This document shows, piece by piece, positions 39,769-48,518 of a DNA stretch of 64,000 bases (positions are counted from its first letter, which is position 1; each line of letters opens with the position of its first letter). Position numbers and translations under genes: made by a program. The stretch is from the NCBI GenBank assembly GCA_046341215.1, contig JBKDRU010000050.1, forward strand, positions 12,918 through 76,917. Direction: 5' to 3'. The notes under the pieces were generated by a model. That model saw nothing but the letters and a program-made list of their open reading frames with translations. It ran no database searches and had not been told where the DNA came from. The DNA is from Vampirovibrionales bacterium. GTDB taxonomy: Bacteria; Cyanobacteriota; Vampirovibrionia; Vampirovibrionales; JAJTHC01.

Positions 39769-41442
39769 ATGCGTCTCTCTCCTACTTTGCCCCGTTTACA
39801 ATCTGCTACTGTTTTGCGTCAGGCTCCTGCAAACTTGGCTCGTCAGGGAAGAGTAGATGGCGAGACGATAGACATTGCAGCGATTACAGATTTTTATCAA
39901 ATATCCCCTGCTGCCCGTTTTTCTACTGTGCTTGAAAAACTCCTAAAAGAACATCCTCAATTATTGCTCTTATTCGGCGGAGACGGACTTTCACCTTCCC
40001 CTGAATCTAGCAAAACGCTGGGGGCTCATATGGTCGATATTATGAATGTTTTCAATCGACAGGTTAAGGGAAGGATGCTTGCCGTCATAGGTAATCATGA
40101 GTTTGACTTTGGTTTTAGAAACTTAATCAAACAAATTAATCGTAGTCATTTTAAATGGTTAGGTGCAAACCTTCTTAAAAATGAACGTCATTTAAAAGAA
40201 ACCCCTGCTTATCAAATTATCAAAATCAACGGTAGACGTATTTTGGTATACGGTGTTGTCGTCCCTGAAGTTTATAGTGAATTGCCTAAAGAGATTCGTT
40301 TAGAAGAGCCTTTAAAACAAATTAAATTAGAGTTACTGAATTTAATTAAAGCACGTCGACCTGATATGGTCGTAATTTTAGGTCACTTGGGGGAAGATTA
40401 TTACAAGGACTTACTTGACTTACCTTATGTTGATTTAGAAATTATTGGACATCAACATACAGCATCCGCAATTAAAAATAAGTTATTTTGTGCGGATGCT
40501 AATATTCAAAGCTACATACAAGCCCAAGTAACATTTAAAGAAAGACCTTTATTATTCCAGCGTCTATGGCAACAAATGGATGATACAGTCCATAATAAAA
40601 CACCTGAATCAAACGTTGAAAAAATAGAGGCTCATATTCTACCGTTATCTGAAGACACGCCTGAACATCCCGCCGTCTTAAAGGCGGTTGATCCTCAACT
40701 GTTGGCATGGTCAAAAAGTCTTGACGAGCCAGTGGCTCAATTAGAAAAAACTTTTAATCTTACGTTTAAGCACCTTCGTAAAGGGGGCGAAACAAGGGAA
40801 GGTAATTGGTTAGCAGATACCCTACTACAGGCTTGGAACTATATCCATCCCAATTGGCCTGCGGAAGCTTCCATGATTCACGCAGGTTCTTTACGCTTAG
40901 ACAACACTGTGCCTAAAGGTCCATTAACAAAACGTGACTTGGCAGACCTCTTGCCTTTTCACGGCAATATCGTAAGAATTGAAGCCACGGGTGCTTTAGT
41001 AAAAGATATTTTGGAAGAGGCCCTTGCCCATGGAAGTTCAGACGATATAGCGAATCGCCACCCTGGTTTTTTTATGAATGTGGGTGGTTTAGAAATAGAA
41101 GCTGATATGTCAAAACGTTTTGGTGAGCGTATTAAGGCTATTTATAGAACAGAAGGCCATCAACTCTTAAAAGCAGAAGATAAAATTTATTTAACCCTAT
41201 CTCAATTTCTTACAGAACGAAAATGCGGGTTAAGTGCTTTGCCTGACTATGTTGAACAATATCCTGAGCTTGTAAAAATGGGCAAAACCATGGATGAACA
41301 AGTGGGCAAAGCCATGGATGAACAAGTGGGCAATACCATGTATTTATATTACATCCAAAGTTACTTAGAATCTTTGAAAACGGATTCTACATTACCGAAG
41401 CTTGTTCCGACATTAGACGATCGATGGAAGATTACAAACTAG
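39769..41442 (+). CDS. bifunctional metallophosphatase/5'-nucleotidase (UshA-like)
   Basis: 'GGDGLSPSP', 'GNHEFDFG' calcineurin-like motifs and C-terminal 5'-nucleotidase domain ('GNWLADTLLQAW...IHAGSLRLD'); C-terminal in-frame 24-bp tandem repeat (GKTMDEQV x2.5). Confidence 0.75.
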   Translation: MRLSPTLPRLQSATVLRQAPANLARQGRVDGETIDIAAITDFYQISPAARFSTVLEKLLKEHPQLLLLFGGDGLSPSPESSKTLGAHMVDIMNVFNRQVKGRMLAVIGNHEFDFGFRNLIKQINRSHFKWLGANLLKNERHLKETPAYQIIKINGRRILVYGVVVPEVYSELPKEIRLEEPLKQIKLELLNLIKARRPDMVVILGHLGEDYYKDLLDLPYVDLEIIGHQHTASAIKNKLFCADANIQSYIQAQVTFKERPLLFQRLWQQMDDTVHNKTPESNVEKIEAHILPLSEDTPEHPAVLKAVDPQLLAWSKSLDEPVAQLEKTFNLTFKHLRKGGETREGNWLADTLLQAWNYIHPNWPAEASMIHAGSLRLDNTVPKGPLTKRDLADLLPFHGNIVRIEATGALVKDILEEALAHGSSDDIANRHPGFFMNVGGLEIEADMSKRFGERIKAIYRTEGHQLLKAEDKIYLTLSQFLTERKCGLSALPDYVEQYPELVKMGKTMDEQVGKAMDEQVGNTMYLYYIQSYLESLKTDSTLPKLVPTLDDRWKITN

Positions 41443-42061
41443 TATTTAATAGAAAATCTCCAATAAAAAGCCTGTAATGAAAGCTCATTACAGGGGGACA
41501 TAGGCATATAGAGGAGAGGGAGAGGTAAAATCTGAAACACGAGGAGAAGGGGGTGAAGCAGGCGGGCTTCTGGGAGTGTTTAAAAGCGGTTTAAAGGGGG
41601 TTGTTGACTTCTGAATGAGGGTACAGAGTCTTCGGCGGTGGAAGTTCTGTACAAAATGTAAACACAATGATATTAGGTGGCGTACCTAGAGCGAAATGTT
41701 TACATAAAATCGGTGTGGGATCTGAACTGGAAAAAATAAGAAAAGGGGAACGATAGTTTCGTAAATTAGGGTTGGGGTTGGGAAGGAAGTGAAGGAAGTG
41801 AAGGAAGGAGAAGGAAATTCTTGGGGTGGGTGGGGTTTGAAGAAGCTCGGGGTTTGGAGTCCCTTCACTTTAATAAAGTCTTCATAATTGGGATTATTGT
41901 TAATGTGTTACAAAGCTTAATAATTTATAAAAAGCATACATTTGTTTTTATAAAGATTAAATCACTTTAATAATGTAATTTTGATCAAAAAAGCGTCTAT
42001 TTGCTCCCTATTCTGTCACACTAAGAAAGAGTATAGCCCCAGAAAAGAGAGCTTAAACCCT

Positions 42062-42838
42062 ATGGATATTTTCGCAATTGGAGGACTCGTTCTAGCCTTT
42101 ATGGCCGTTATCGGCGGCCAAGTTCTTGAAGGTGGTTCGATTATGGCGTTGGTACAGCCGACCGCCTTTATGATCGTAGTGGGGGGCTCCGTTGGGGCAA
42201 CGGTGCTTTCTTTTACACCTGTAGAATTGAAAAATGGTATCGGCACCTTGGGGCTTATCTTTCAAGGGCATCATCAAGATCCCAAAGCGATGATTCAATT
42301 GCTGATTAGCTTAGCGACAAAGGCTCGTAAAGAAGGCATTCTCGCCCTTCAAAATGATATTACCCAAATTGAAGACCCCTTCCTTAAAAAAGGCATGGAA
42401 CTCATGACTGATGGTACGGATCCTCAATTGTTGCGAGACATCATGGAAACGGAACTCACCGTTTACGAAGAAAGCATGGGAGCCGCCGCCAAAGTCTGGG
42501 AAACGGCTGGAGGCTTTACGCCAACCGTTGGGATTATCGGGGCGGTATTGGGTTTGATTCACGTTATGGAAAACTTGAACGATCCATCCAAGCTCGGTTC
42601 TGGGATTGCGGTTGCCTTTGTGGCAACGGTTTATGGGGTGGCGTTTGCCAACTTGTTGTTTATTCCCTTAGGCAGTAACGTCAAATTTAAGGTGAAGCAT
42701 ATTATTCACGAACGCACGATGATGGTTGAAGGCGTTATGGCGATACAAGCAGGGGAAAGTCCGAACTTCATTCAAGAAAAACTGAAGGTTTACTATCCTG
42801 AAGTGGGTAAGGAATTGGATGCTGAATCGGGCAAATAG
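42062..42838 (+). CDS. motA: flagellar motor stator protein MotA
   Basis: MotA/TolQ/ExbB family: four TM segments, 'MDIFAIGGLVLAFMAVIGG' start, conserved plug/cytoplasmic loop layout; ATG 42062 in frame with longer ORF. Confidence 0.8.
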   Translation: MDIFAIGGLVLAFMAVIGGQVLEGGSIMALVQPTAFMIVVGGSVGATVLSFTPVELKNGIGTLGLIFQGHHQDPKAMIQLLISLATKARKEGILALQNDITQIEDPFLKKGMELMTDGTDPQLLRDIMETELTVYEESMGAAAKVWETAGGFTPTVGIIGAVLGLIHVMENLNDPSKLGSGIAVAFVATVYGVAFANLLFIPLGSNVKFKVKHIIHERTMMVEGVMAIQAGESPNFIQEKLKVYYPEVGKELDAESGK

Positions 42839-43053
42839 TTTCTGAAGGCACAGAGAAAGTCCCATTCGGCGAATCTTCTGTGTCAAAACAAGCCGTTTTT
42901 TCGTTATGTAGTGCGTCTACACGCCTCAAAAGCCGTTTGTTTTTCCTTGAATCTTCATCCGACTTGAACTTTCTCTGTGCCTTCATCTTGTAAGTGCGAC
43001 TTATTTGGGGTATTCTTAACAGGTTTGACACTTGTAAAAAAGGATACCTCGCC

Positions 43054-43875
43054 ATGTCTCAACTTTCTGCTCCCTTTGCCTTTCACACCGATGATCATGC
43101 CCTTGCCGATATTGGCGTCTTTGGTGGTTCGGGCTTTTATAAGTTTTTGGAAGATACCCAAACCATTCGTCTTGAAACGCCGTTCGGCTCCCCCAGCGAT
43201 GAAATCACGCTCGGCACGATAAACGGCAAGCGAGTGGCATTTTTGCCTCGCCACGGCAAAAGCCATACGATAGCGCCGCATCGTATTAACTACAAAGCCA
43301 ACGTGTGGGCAATGAAAAGCTTGGGCGTGCATACGGTGATTTCCCCCTGTGCCGCAGGGAGCCTTCAAAAAGAGGTGGCTCCAGGGCATGTGGTGATTTG
43401 CGATCAATACGTCGACCGCACGCATAGCCGTGGCGATACCTTCTACGAAGGAAGCATCATCACCCACGTTTCAGCAGCGGATCCCTTTGATGAAGAAGGT
43501 CGTCAATGGGCGATTGAAGCAGGCAAAGAAGCAGGCTTGACGGTGCATGAAACAGGCACGGTTGTTGTGATTCAAGGGCCTCGCTTTTCGACGAAGGCGG
43601 AAAGTCAGTGGTTCCGAAATCAGGGTTGGGAAGTCATTAATATGACGCAGTACCCTGAAGTTCACTTGGTGAAAGAGTTGAATCTTTACCCGATTAGTAT
43701 TGCGTTGATTACCGACTATGATTCGGGTGTCGATGGCATCCCGCCTGTGAGCCATGGGGAAGTCATGGCATTTTTCAATCAAAATGTAGTGAATGTAAAG
43801 ACGTTGTTGTTTAAGCTGATTGACAAGATCCCAGCTCGCCGACCTTTGCCTGATTACGTCCCTGCTGAACGCTAG
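43054..43875 (+). CDS. mtnP: S-methyl-5'-thioadenosine phosphorylase
   Basis: 'IGVFGGSGFY', 'FLPRHGKSHTIAPHRINYKANVWAMKSLGV..VIS..A.GSL' PNP/MTAP family motifs; 274 aa from ATG 43054. Confidence 0.8.
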   Translation: MSQLSAPFAFHTDDHALADIGVFGGSGFYKFLEDTQTIRLETPFGSPSDEITLGTINGKRVAFLPRHGKSHTIAPHRINYKANVWAMKSLGVHTVISPCAAGSLQKEVAPGHVVICDQYVDRTHSRGDTFYEGSIITHVSAADPFDEEGRQWAIEAGKEAGLTVHETGTVVVIQGPRFSTKAESQWFRNQGWEVINMTQYPEVHLVKELNLYPISIALITDYDSGVDGIPPVSHGEVMAFFNQNVVNVKTLLFKLIDKIPARRPLPDYVPAER

Positions 43876-43979
43876 GGACATAGAAGCAAGGCTTAAAAAA
43901 ACGTTTTAATAGCGTGAAAAATGTACCAAATGTTTGATATATATTAAGATAGAATATCAATTAGGTTCTTTTTAAATTA

Positions 43980-46436
43980 ATGAGGACGACTTCTATTTTA
44001 TCTCCCGAAGTTCACGCCGTGTTTGAAACCCTGCTCAAAGGCATCGATGTTGAAAAAAAGCATCGATTCATCAACGTGCAAGGCAAAGAACGTCGCTTTG
44101 ATGCCTTTGTGCGACTGCAACTGAAGCTGGTCATCAAGCACGTCCTTGACGAAGACGCCATCCCGAAACTGCTGATGCAGTTTCAACGCTACGACATGAT
44201 GGATCTCCCCCTGCGTATGCACGCCGTCGATGCCCTCGAAGCCTTTTGCCATGCCATGCTTAAGCCCCCCACGAAAAAAACGGCTACGGTTGATGATGAA
44301 AATGCCTCGGCTGGGCAACAATCTTTGGCAAACATTAAAGGGATTGGTCCGAAATTGGAAGCGATGCTCCGAAGTTTGGGCTTGTCAACGGTGGAAGACG
44401 TCCTGCGATACGCCCCCCGTCAATATATTGACTATCAACAACGCAAAAAGCTGGCGGATGTCATGGAAGGTGAATACGTGAGCCTGATTGCCACCATTAA
44501 GCGAGTGGAATCGCACGATTTAAAAAGCGGCAAACTCATCGTTTTGCGGTTTTTATTTCAAGACGACAGCGGAAAAGCCAGCTCACAACGCTTTTTTAGC
44601 ACCCGCCAACGAGCCATGTTGGAAAGCCTCAAGTCCAAATTCCCCAAAGGCACCGAAGTCCTGATTAGCGGTAAAGTCAAGTGGGACAGCTTCAACCACT
44701 GCCCCCAGCTGGACAACGCCGAAATGCAAACCTTGAGCTACGAAGACGGCGACGAATCCCCGATGCTGGGGCATGGTGCGACGACTGTTTTACCTGTGTA
44801 TCCGTTGACGCAGGGCTTGAACCTAAAAAGCCTGCGTCGATGCATTCAAAACGCCCTCGACACCTTCAGTGCCGAAATCCCCGATGCCTTGCCTGAAGCG
44901 ATCCGCCAAGAACACCAGCTTATGGGTGTGCATGAAGCCTTTCATAGCCTGCATTTCCCCATGAATCTGGCGATTGCTGAAAAAGCCAAGCATCGCTTTG
45001 GTTTTGAAGAACTCTTCCTGTTACAACTGCGTTTGGCGTTGATGCGTTACACTTATAAGCATGAAATACAGGGGCAGAGCATCCATGTGAAGCCCGATGG
45101 CTTGGTGCATCAGTTTTTGGAAGGCCTGCCGTATCAGTTGACCAAGGCACAAGCCCGATCCTTCCAAGAAGTCTGCGACGATTTGGCGTCTTCCCTGCCG
45201 ATGAACCGCCTCCTGCATGGGGATGTCGGTAGTGGAAAAACAGTCGTGGCGATGCTCACTCTGCTTGTGGCGATCGAAAATGGTTTTCAAGGGGCGTTCA
45301 TGGCTCCCACAGAAATCCTCGCTGAACAGCACTATCAAGGATGCGTCGAGATGTTGGCTCCCTTGGGGATTAAAACGGCGTTGCTGGTCGGCAAACTCGG
45401 GGCGAAAGCCAAGCGAGAAGTCTTGCAATCGCTCGCCAATGGGCAGATTCATTTGGTGGTGGGGACCCACGCCCTGATTCAAAAAAGCGTCGAGTTTCAC
45501 CGTTTAGGCGTTGTCGTGGTGGATGAACAGCATCGATTTGGCGTCAAGCAACGTCTCGCCCTTCGCAATAAGGGCGTCGATGATCAAATGCCTGAACTGC
45601 TTTCCATGACGGCGACACCCATTCCTCGGACGCTTGCCATGACCATGCACGGCGACTTGGATGTTTCCGTGCTGGATGAATTGCCTCCCGGACGTTCGCC
45701 GATTTTGACCCGTCTGTTGAGTAATAGTCAGCGTAAGGAAGCGTATGATCTGATTGAAACGCAGTTGGTTTACGGTCGTCAAGCTTATATCGTCTTTCCC
45801 TTGATTGATGAAAGCGAAAGCTTGAGTGCCAAAGCCGCATCCGCCGAATATGAACGTTTGCGAACCGAAGTTTTTCAGCATCGGCGTGTGGGACTCATGC
45901 ACGGCAAGCTGAAGTCTGAAGAAAAGGATGCCGTCATGCACGCCTTTGTGCAAGGCGACTTGGATATTCTGGTTTCCACGACTGTGGTGGAAGTCGGCGT
46001 GAACGTGCCGAATGCGAGTGTGATGCTGATTGAAAATGCGGAGCGTTTCGGGCTGGCTCAACTTCACCAGTTACGAGGGCGTGTGGGTCGTGCGGAACAT
46101 CAAAGTTACTGCGTCTTGATTGCTCAACAAAAGAATGAAGAAACGACCAAACGCCTTGAAATCATGGAAGAAACGAGCAACGGCTTTGTGATCGCCGAAC
46201 ATGACCTCGCCATTCGAGGGCCAGGGGATTATGTGGGCTTGCGTCAAAGTGGCTTGCCCGAACTACAGTTTGCCAACTTGGTCGACGATTACGAGCTATT
46301 GGCTCAAGCACGCCAAACGGCGTTTGAATGGGTGGAGCGTTTGGGCGCGGCGGGTCTTCAAAAAGAGTACCCCCTCTTATGGGAAAGACTACGTCAAGGC
46401 TCTTCAGAAGAAGTAAAGCTACTTTCTTCTGGCTAA
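43980..46436 (+). CDS. recG: ATP-dependent DNA helicase RecG (with ~130-aa N-terminal extension)
   Basis: 'GDVGSGKT' Walker A, 'VVVDEQHRFG' DEQH box, 'TATPIPRTL' motif, wedge-domain region upstream. Confidence 0.85.
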   Translation: MRTTSILSPEVHAVFETLLKGIDVEKKHRFINVQGKERRFDAFVRLQLKLVIKHVLDEDAIPKLLMQFQRYDMMDLPLRMHAVDALEAFCHAMLKPPTKKTATVDDENASAGQQSLANIKGIGPKLEAMLRSLGLSTVEDVLRYAPRQYIDYQQRKKLADVMEGEYVSLIATIKRVESHDLKSGKLIVLRFLFQDDSGKASSQRFFSTRQRAMLESLKSKFPKGTEVLISGKVKWDSFNHCPQLDNAEMQTLSYEDGDESPMLGHGATTVLPVYPLTQGLNLKSLRRCIQNALDTFSAEIPDALPEAIRQEHQLMGVHEAFHSLHFPMNLAIAEKAKHRFGFEELFLLQLRLALMRYTYKHEIQGQSIHVKPDGLVHQFLEGLPYQLTKAQARSFQEVCDDLASSLPMNRLLHGDVGSGKTVVAMLTLLVAIENGFQGAFMAPTEILAEQHYQGCVEMLAPLGIKTALLVGKLGAKAKREVLQSLANGQIHLVVGTHALIQKSVEFHRLGVVVVDEQHRFGVKQRLALRNKGVDDQMPELLSMTATPIPRTLAMTMHGDLDVSVLDELPPGRSPILTRLLSNSQRKEAYDLIETQLVYGRQAYIVFPLIDESESLSAKAASAEYERLRTEVFQHRRVGLMHGKLKSEEKDAVMHAFVQGDLDILVSTTVVEVGVNVPNASVMLIENAERFGLAQLHQLRGRVGRAEHQSYCVLIAQQKNEETTKRLEIMEETSNGFVIAEHDLAIRGPGDYVGLRQSGLPELQFANLVDDYELLAQARQTAFEWVERLGAAGLQKEYPLLWERLRQGSSEEVKLLSSG

Positions 46437-46454
46437 GTTTGCGTTTTAAATCCC

Positions 46455-48071
46455 CTAACCCTTCGGTGTATCCGTCGCCTTCTTAAGAGGCGTGGTCGTT
46501 TTGCTCGTGCTTTTCGTGGTCGATTTCGGCTTGGCTTCCGCCGTTGACTTACTCAAGCCCTTCGCCGATGTCGCTTCTTTAGAAGTCTTCATCTTTTTAT
46601 CTTCATCACCAGCTTTTTTCACACTGGCTTTACGAGGCTTCTTCAATGTTTCTTCCACTTTAGCCAGCGTTTCTTCACACGACGTGGCATTCGCACCAAT
46701 GGCGGGTTTGACCAGATCGTTCATAAACTCAAGGGCATCTAAGACCTTTTGCTTCGCTTGCTCTTTGGCGACACGCACTTCGGGGGCTTCGGCGACTCGA
46801 GCAATTAAGGCATCGATTTCGGCTTCCGTTAAGGCTAGGTCACGTTTATTCGGTTGAATCAAGGGAGGATCTGAATTATTGAACAAGGCGAGACCACGAG
46901 CCAGCTTTTCTTCAACGGTCGCATCAGGGGGAATGGCGTCGACATCCACACCCGAATCAAGAAGAGCAAGAATGTTATTAACTTTTTGATCCGCTAAATC
47001 CGTTTGAGAGGGATTAAGAACCTCTTCAATCAAGGCATGACGTTCCATTTCAGAAAGCTCAAAAGGCCCTAGAACTTCACGCTTTTTCTTAGGGGCTTCT
47101 TCAGGTAAAGGTTCAAAAGAAACGGCTTTTTTCATGGGGACTTCACTTTCTAGAATATTTGTTTCTTTAGTATGAATGATTTCATCGGTCAAAGCATCTG
47201 AAGATTCAAAAATATCCTCTGAAGGGTTTTCTTTTTCTTCGACAACGGATTGATTTTCTGAAGTTTTTTCATTTGGCGCATCTGATGGTTCTATGACGAC
47301 TTCTTCAATGGCAGGAATGGCTTCTTCCTCTACAACGTCTTCAGGCGTACTAAGAAGTAAAACCAAAAAACGACCCATTCGTTTAATTTTTGGCATTAAG
47401 CTGTTGGGCACCGTTTCCTGCAAGGTCGCCATTCGAAGCATTTCAGGATCCAATTCCACCCCTTGCAAAATAGCATCTTGAATATTCGTATTCTTAAGTG
47501 TCAAGGAGTCTTCCATGTCACCCACTTCTTCTATGGCTTGGTTAAGCATTATTTCGGCAAGCTTTTCTTCTTCTAGAAGAGCTCTACGTTCGGCCTTACG
47601 TTGCTGACCTTGGAATTCAAAGTCACTTAAATTTTTGTCAAAAACCAGCTTGATTAATGTATGCACTTCAATACGACTTTGTGCGCTTGAGCTAAAATCA
47701 CCGTCACCTGCGTGTTGACGAGCCAAGTTGTCTAACGCTTGTAAGCATAATAAAAGTCGTTTCCCGACTAAGGCACGCCCTTGTTCATTTAAACCCATGA
47801 CTTCGTTTAAAGCTCGAGATACCAATGAATGGTGTGCTTTATTCTGCATGAATTGCCGTAAGCGTTTAAGTCCTAATGTACTGGAATCTTCTTCAGGAAC
47901 AAGAGCTTCATATTCTTCAAAAGCGAGTTCTTTGGAATAAGTGTAAAGTTGCTTGCCAACAAGTTCTTGCACATAATCAGGTAAGGGCTTAAGAAGGGTC
48001 AAAGCACGATTGAGCATTGGATATTGAGTGTACCATATTTGGTTTTCTTGACTAGAATCATCAGACATCAT
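46455..48071 (-). CDS. hypothetical protein with acidic central region and Lys/Ala/Ser/Thr-rich histone-H1-like C-terminal tail
   Basis: C-terminal ~60 aa 'KKPRKASVKKAGDEDKKMKTSKEATSAKGLSKSTAEAKPKSTTKSTSKTTTPLKKATDTPKG'; preceding Glu/Asp-rich segment; N-terminal 250 aa ordered but unassignable. Confidence 0.5.
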   Translation of the reverse strand: MMSDDSSQENQIWYTQYPMLNRALTLLKPLPDYVQELVGKQLYTYSKELAFEEYEALVPEEDSSTLGLKRLRQFMQNKAHHSLVSRALNEVMGLNEQGRALVGKRLLLCLQALDNLARQHAGDGDFSSSAQSRIEVHTLIKLVFDKNLSDFEFQGQQRKAERRALLEEEKLAEIMLNQAIEEVGDMEDSLTLKNTNIQDAILQGVELDPEMLRMATLQETVPNSLMPKIKRMGRFLVLLLSTPEDVVEEEAIPAIEEVVIEPSDAPNEKTSENQSVVEEKENPSEDIFESSDALTDEIIHTKETNILESEVPMKKAVSFEPLPEEAPKKKREVLGPFELSEMERHALIEEVLNPSQTDLADQKVNNILALLDSGVDVDAIPPDATVEEKLARGLALFNNSDPPLIQPNKRDLALTEAEIDALIARVAEAPEVRVAKEQAKQKVLDALEFMNDLVKPAIGANATSCEETLAKVEETLKKPRKASVKKAGDEDKKMKTSKEATSAKGLSKSTAEAKPKSTTKSTSKTTTPLKKATDTPKG

Positions 48072-48259
48072 GCGGAAGAACCTTTAATAAATTTGCCTTT
48101 CATACAGTGCTTCGCTTTCGGATGAAAAAAAGGACGCCTTCAGGAGGCTCCACTAGATTGGGGAGTTTTACGTTTAATTAAGGCGTTGCAATTTAACGGA
48201 CGCCTATGGAACCAGAAAGAGTGTTTCGTTATACACGCGAATACACGGTATTTTGGGAT

Positions 48260-48347
48260 TTTGTAACATTTTTTAGTGTGATTGTTTTTATTTGTAACAA
48301 AAATTAAAGATTGTCGTGCCTCTGCCGACAGATAAACTATGTTACAA
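48260..48347. promoter_or_regulatory. three copies of palindromic TTGT-N-ACAA motif in the divergent promoter region upstream of the 4xGntR gene (candidate operator cluster)
   Basis: TTGTAACA at 48261, TTGTAACAA at 48292, TGTTACAA at 48339; same 9-bp palindrome found upstream of fliC, motA, speD and others. Confidence 0.35.
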
Positions 48348-48518
48348 CAATTAAAACAATAGCACACTTTAAGTAAACGCTTGTTTTAATACTAATATAG
48401 AGACTTCTCAATCTACATATCTCTCTATAGGCATCTCATTAAAAAAATTTCTCATAGGTAACATACACAAGATACGTTAGACATAACACTAGTTTATAAA
48501 GGACATAAGGATATTTTC

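Noticed and set aside
41755-41860. Telomere-like TTGGGG repeats
   Set aside because: Only two to three imperfect units; most likely chance occurrence within a purine-rich spacer, noted only as potential G4.
42839-43053. Search for motB downstream of motA
   Set aside because: The 215-bp gap and following gene (mtnP) contain no OmpA/peptidoglycan-binding or MotB-plug motifs in any frame; motB must be elsewhere or absent.
42955-43467. 170-aa minus-strand ORF overlapping mtnP
   Set aside because: Antisense to MTA phosphorylase with strong family motifs on the plus strand.
45021-46067. Minus-strand ORFs 45021..45500 and 45504..46067 inside recG
   Set aside because: Antisense to a well-supported recG CDS; no motifs, typical shadow ORFs in a moderately GC-rich gene.
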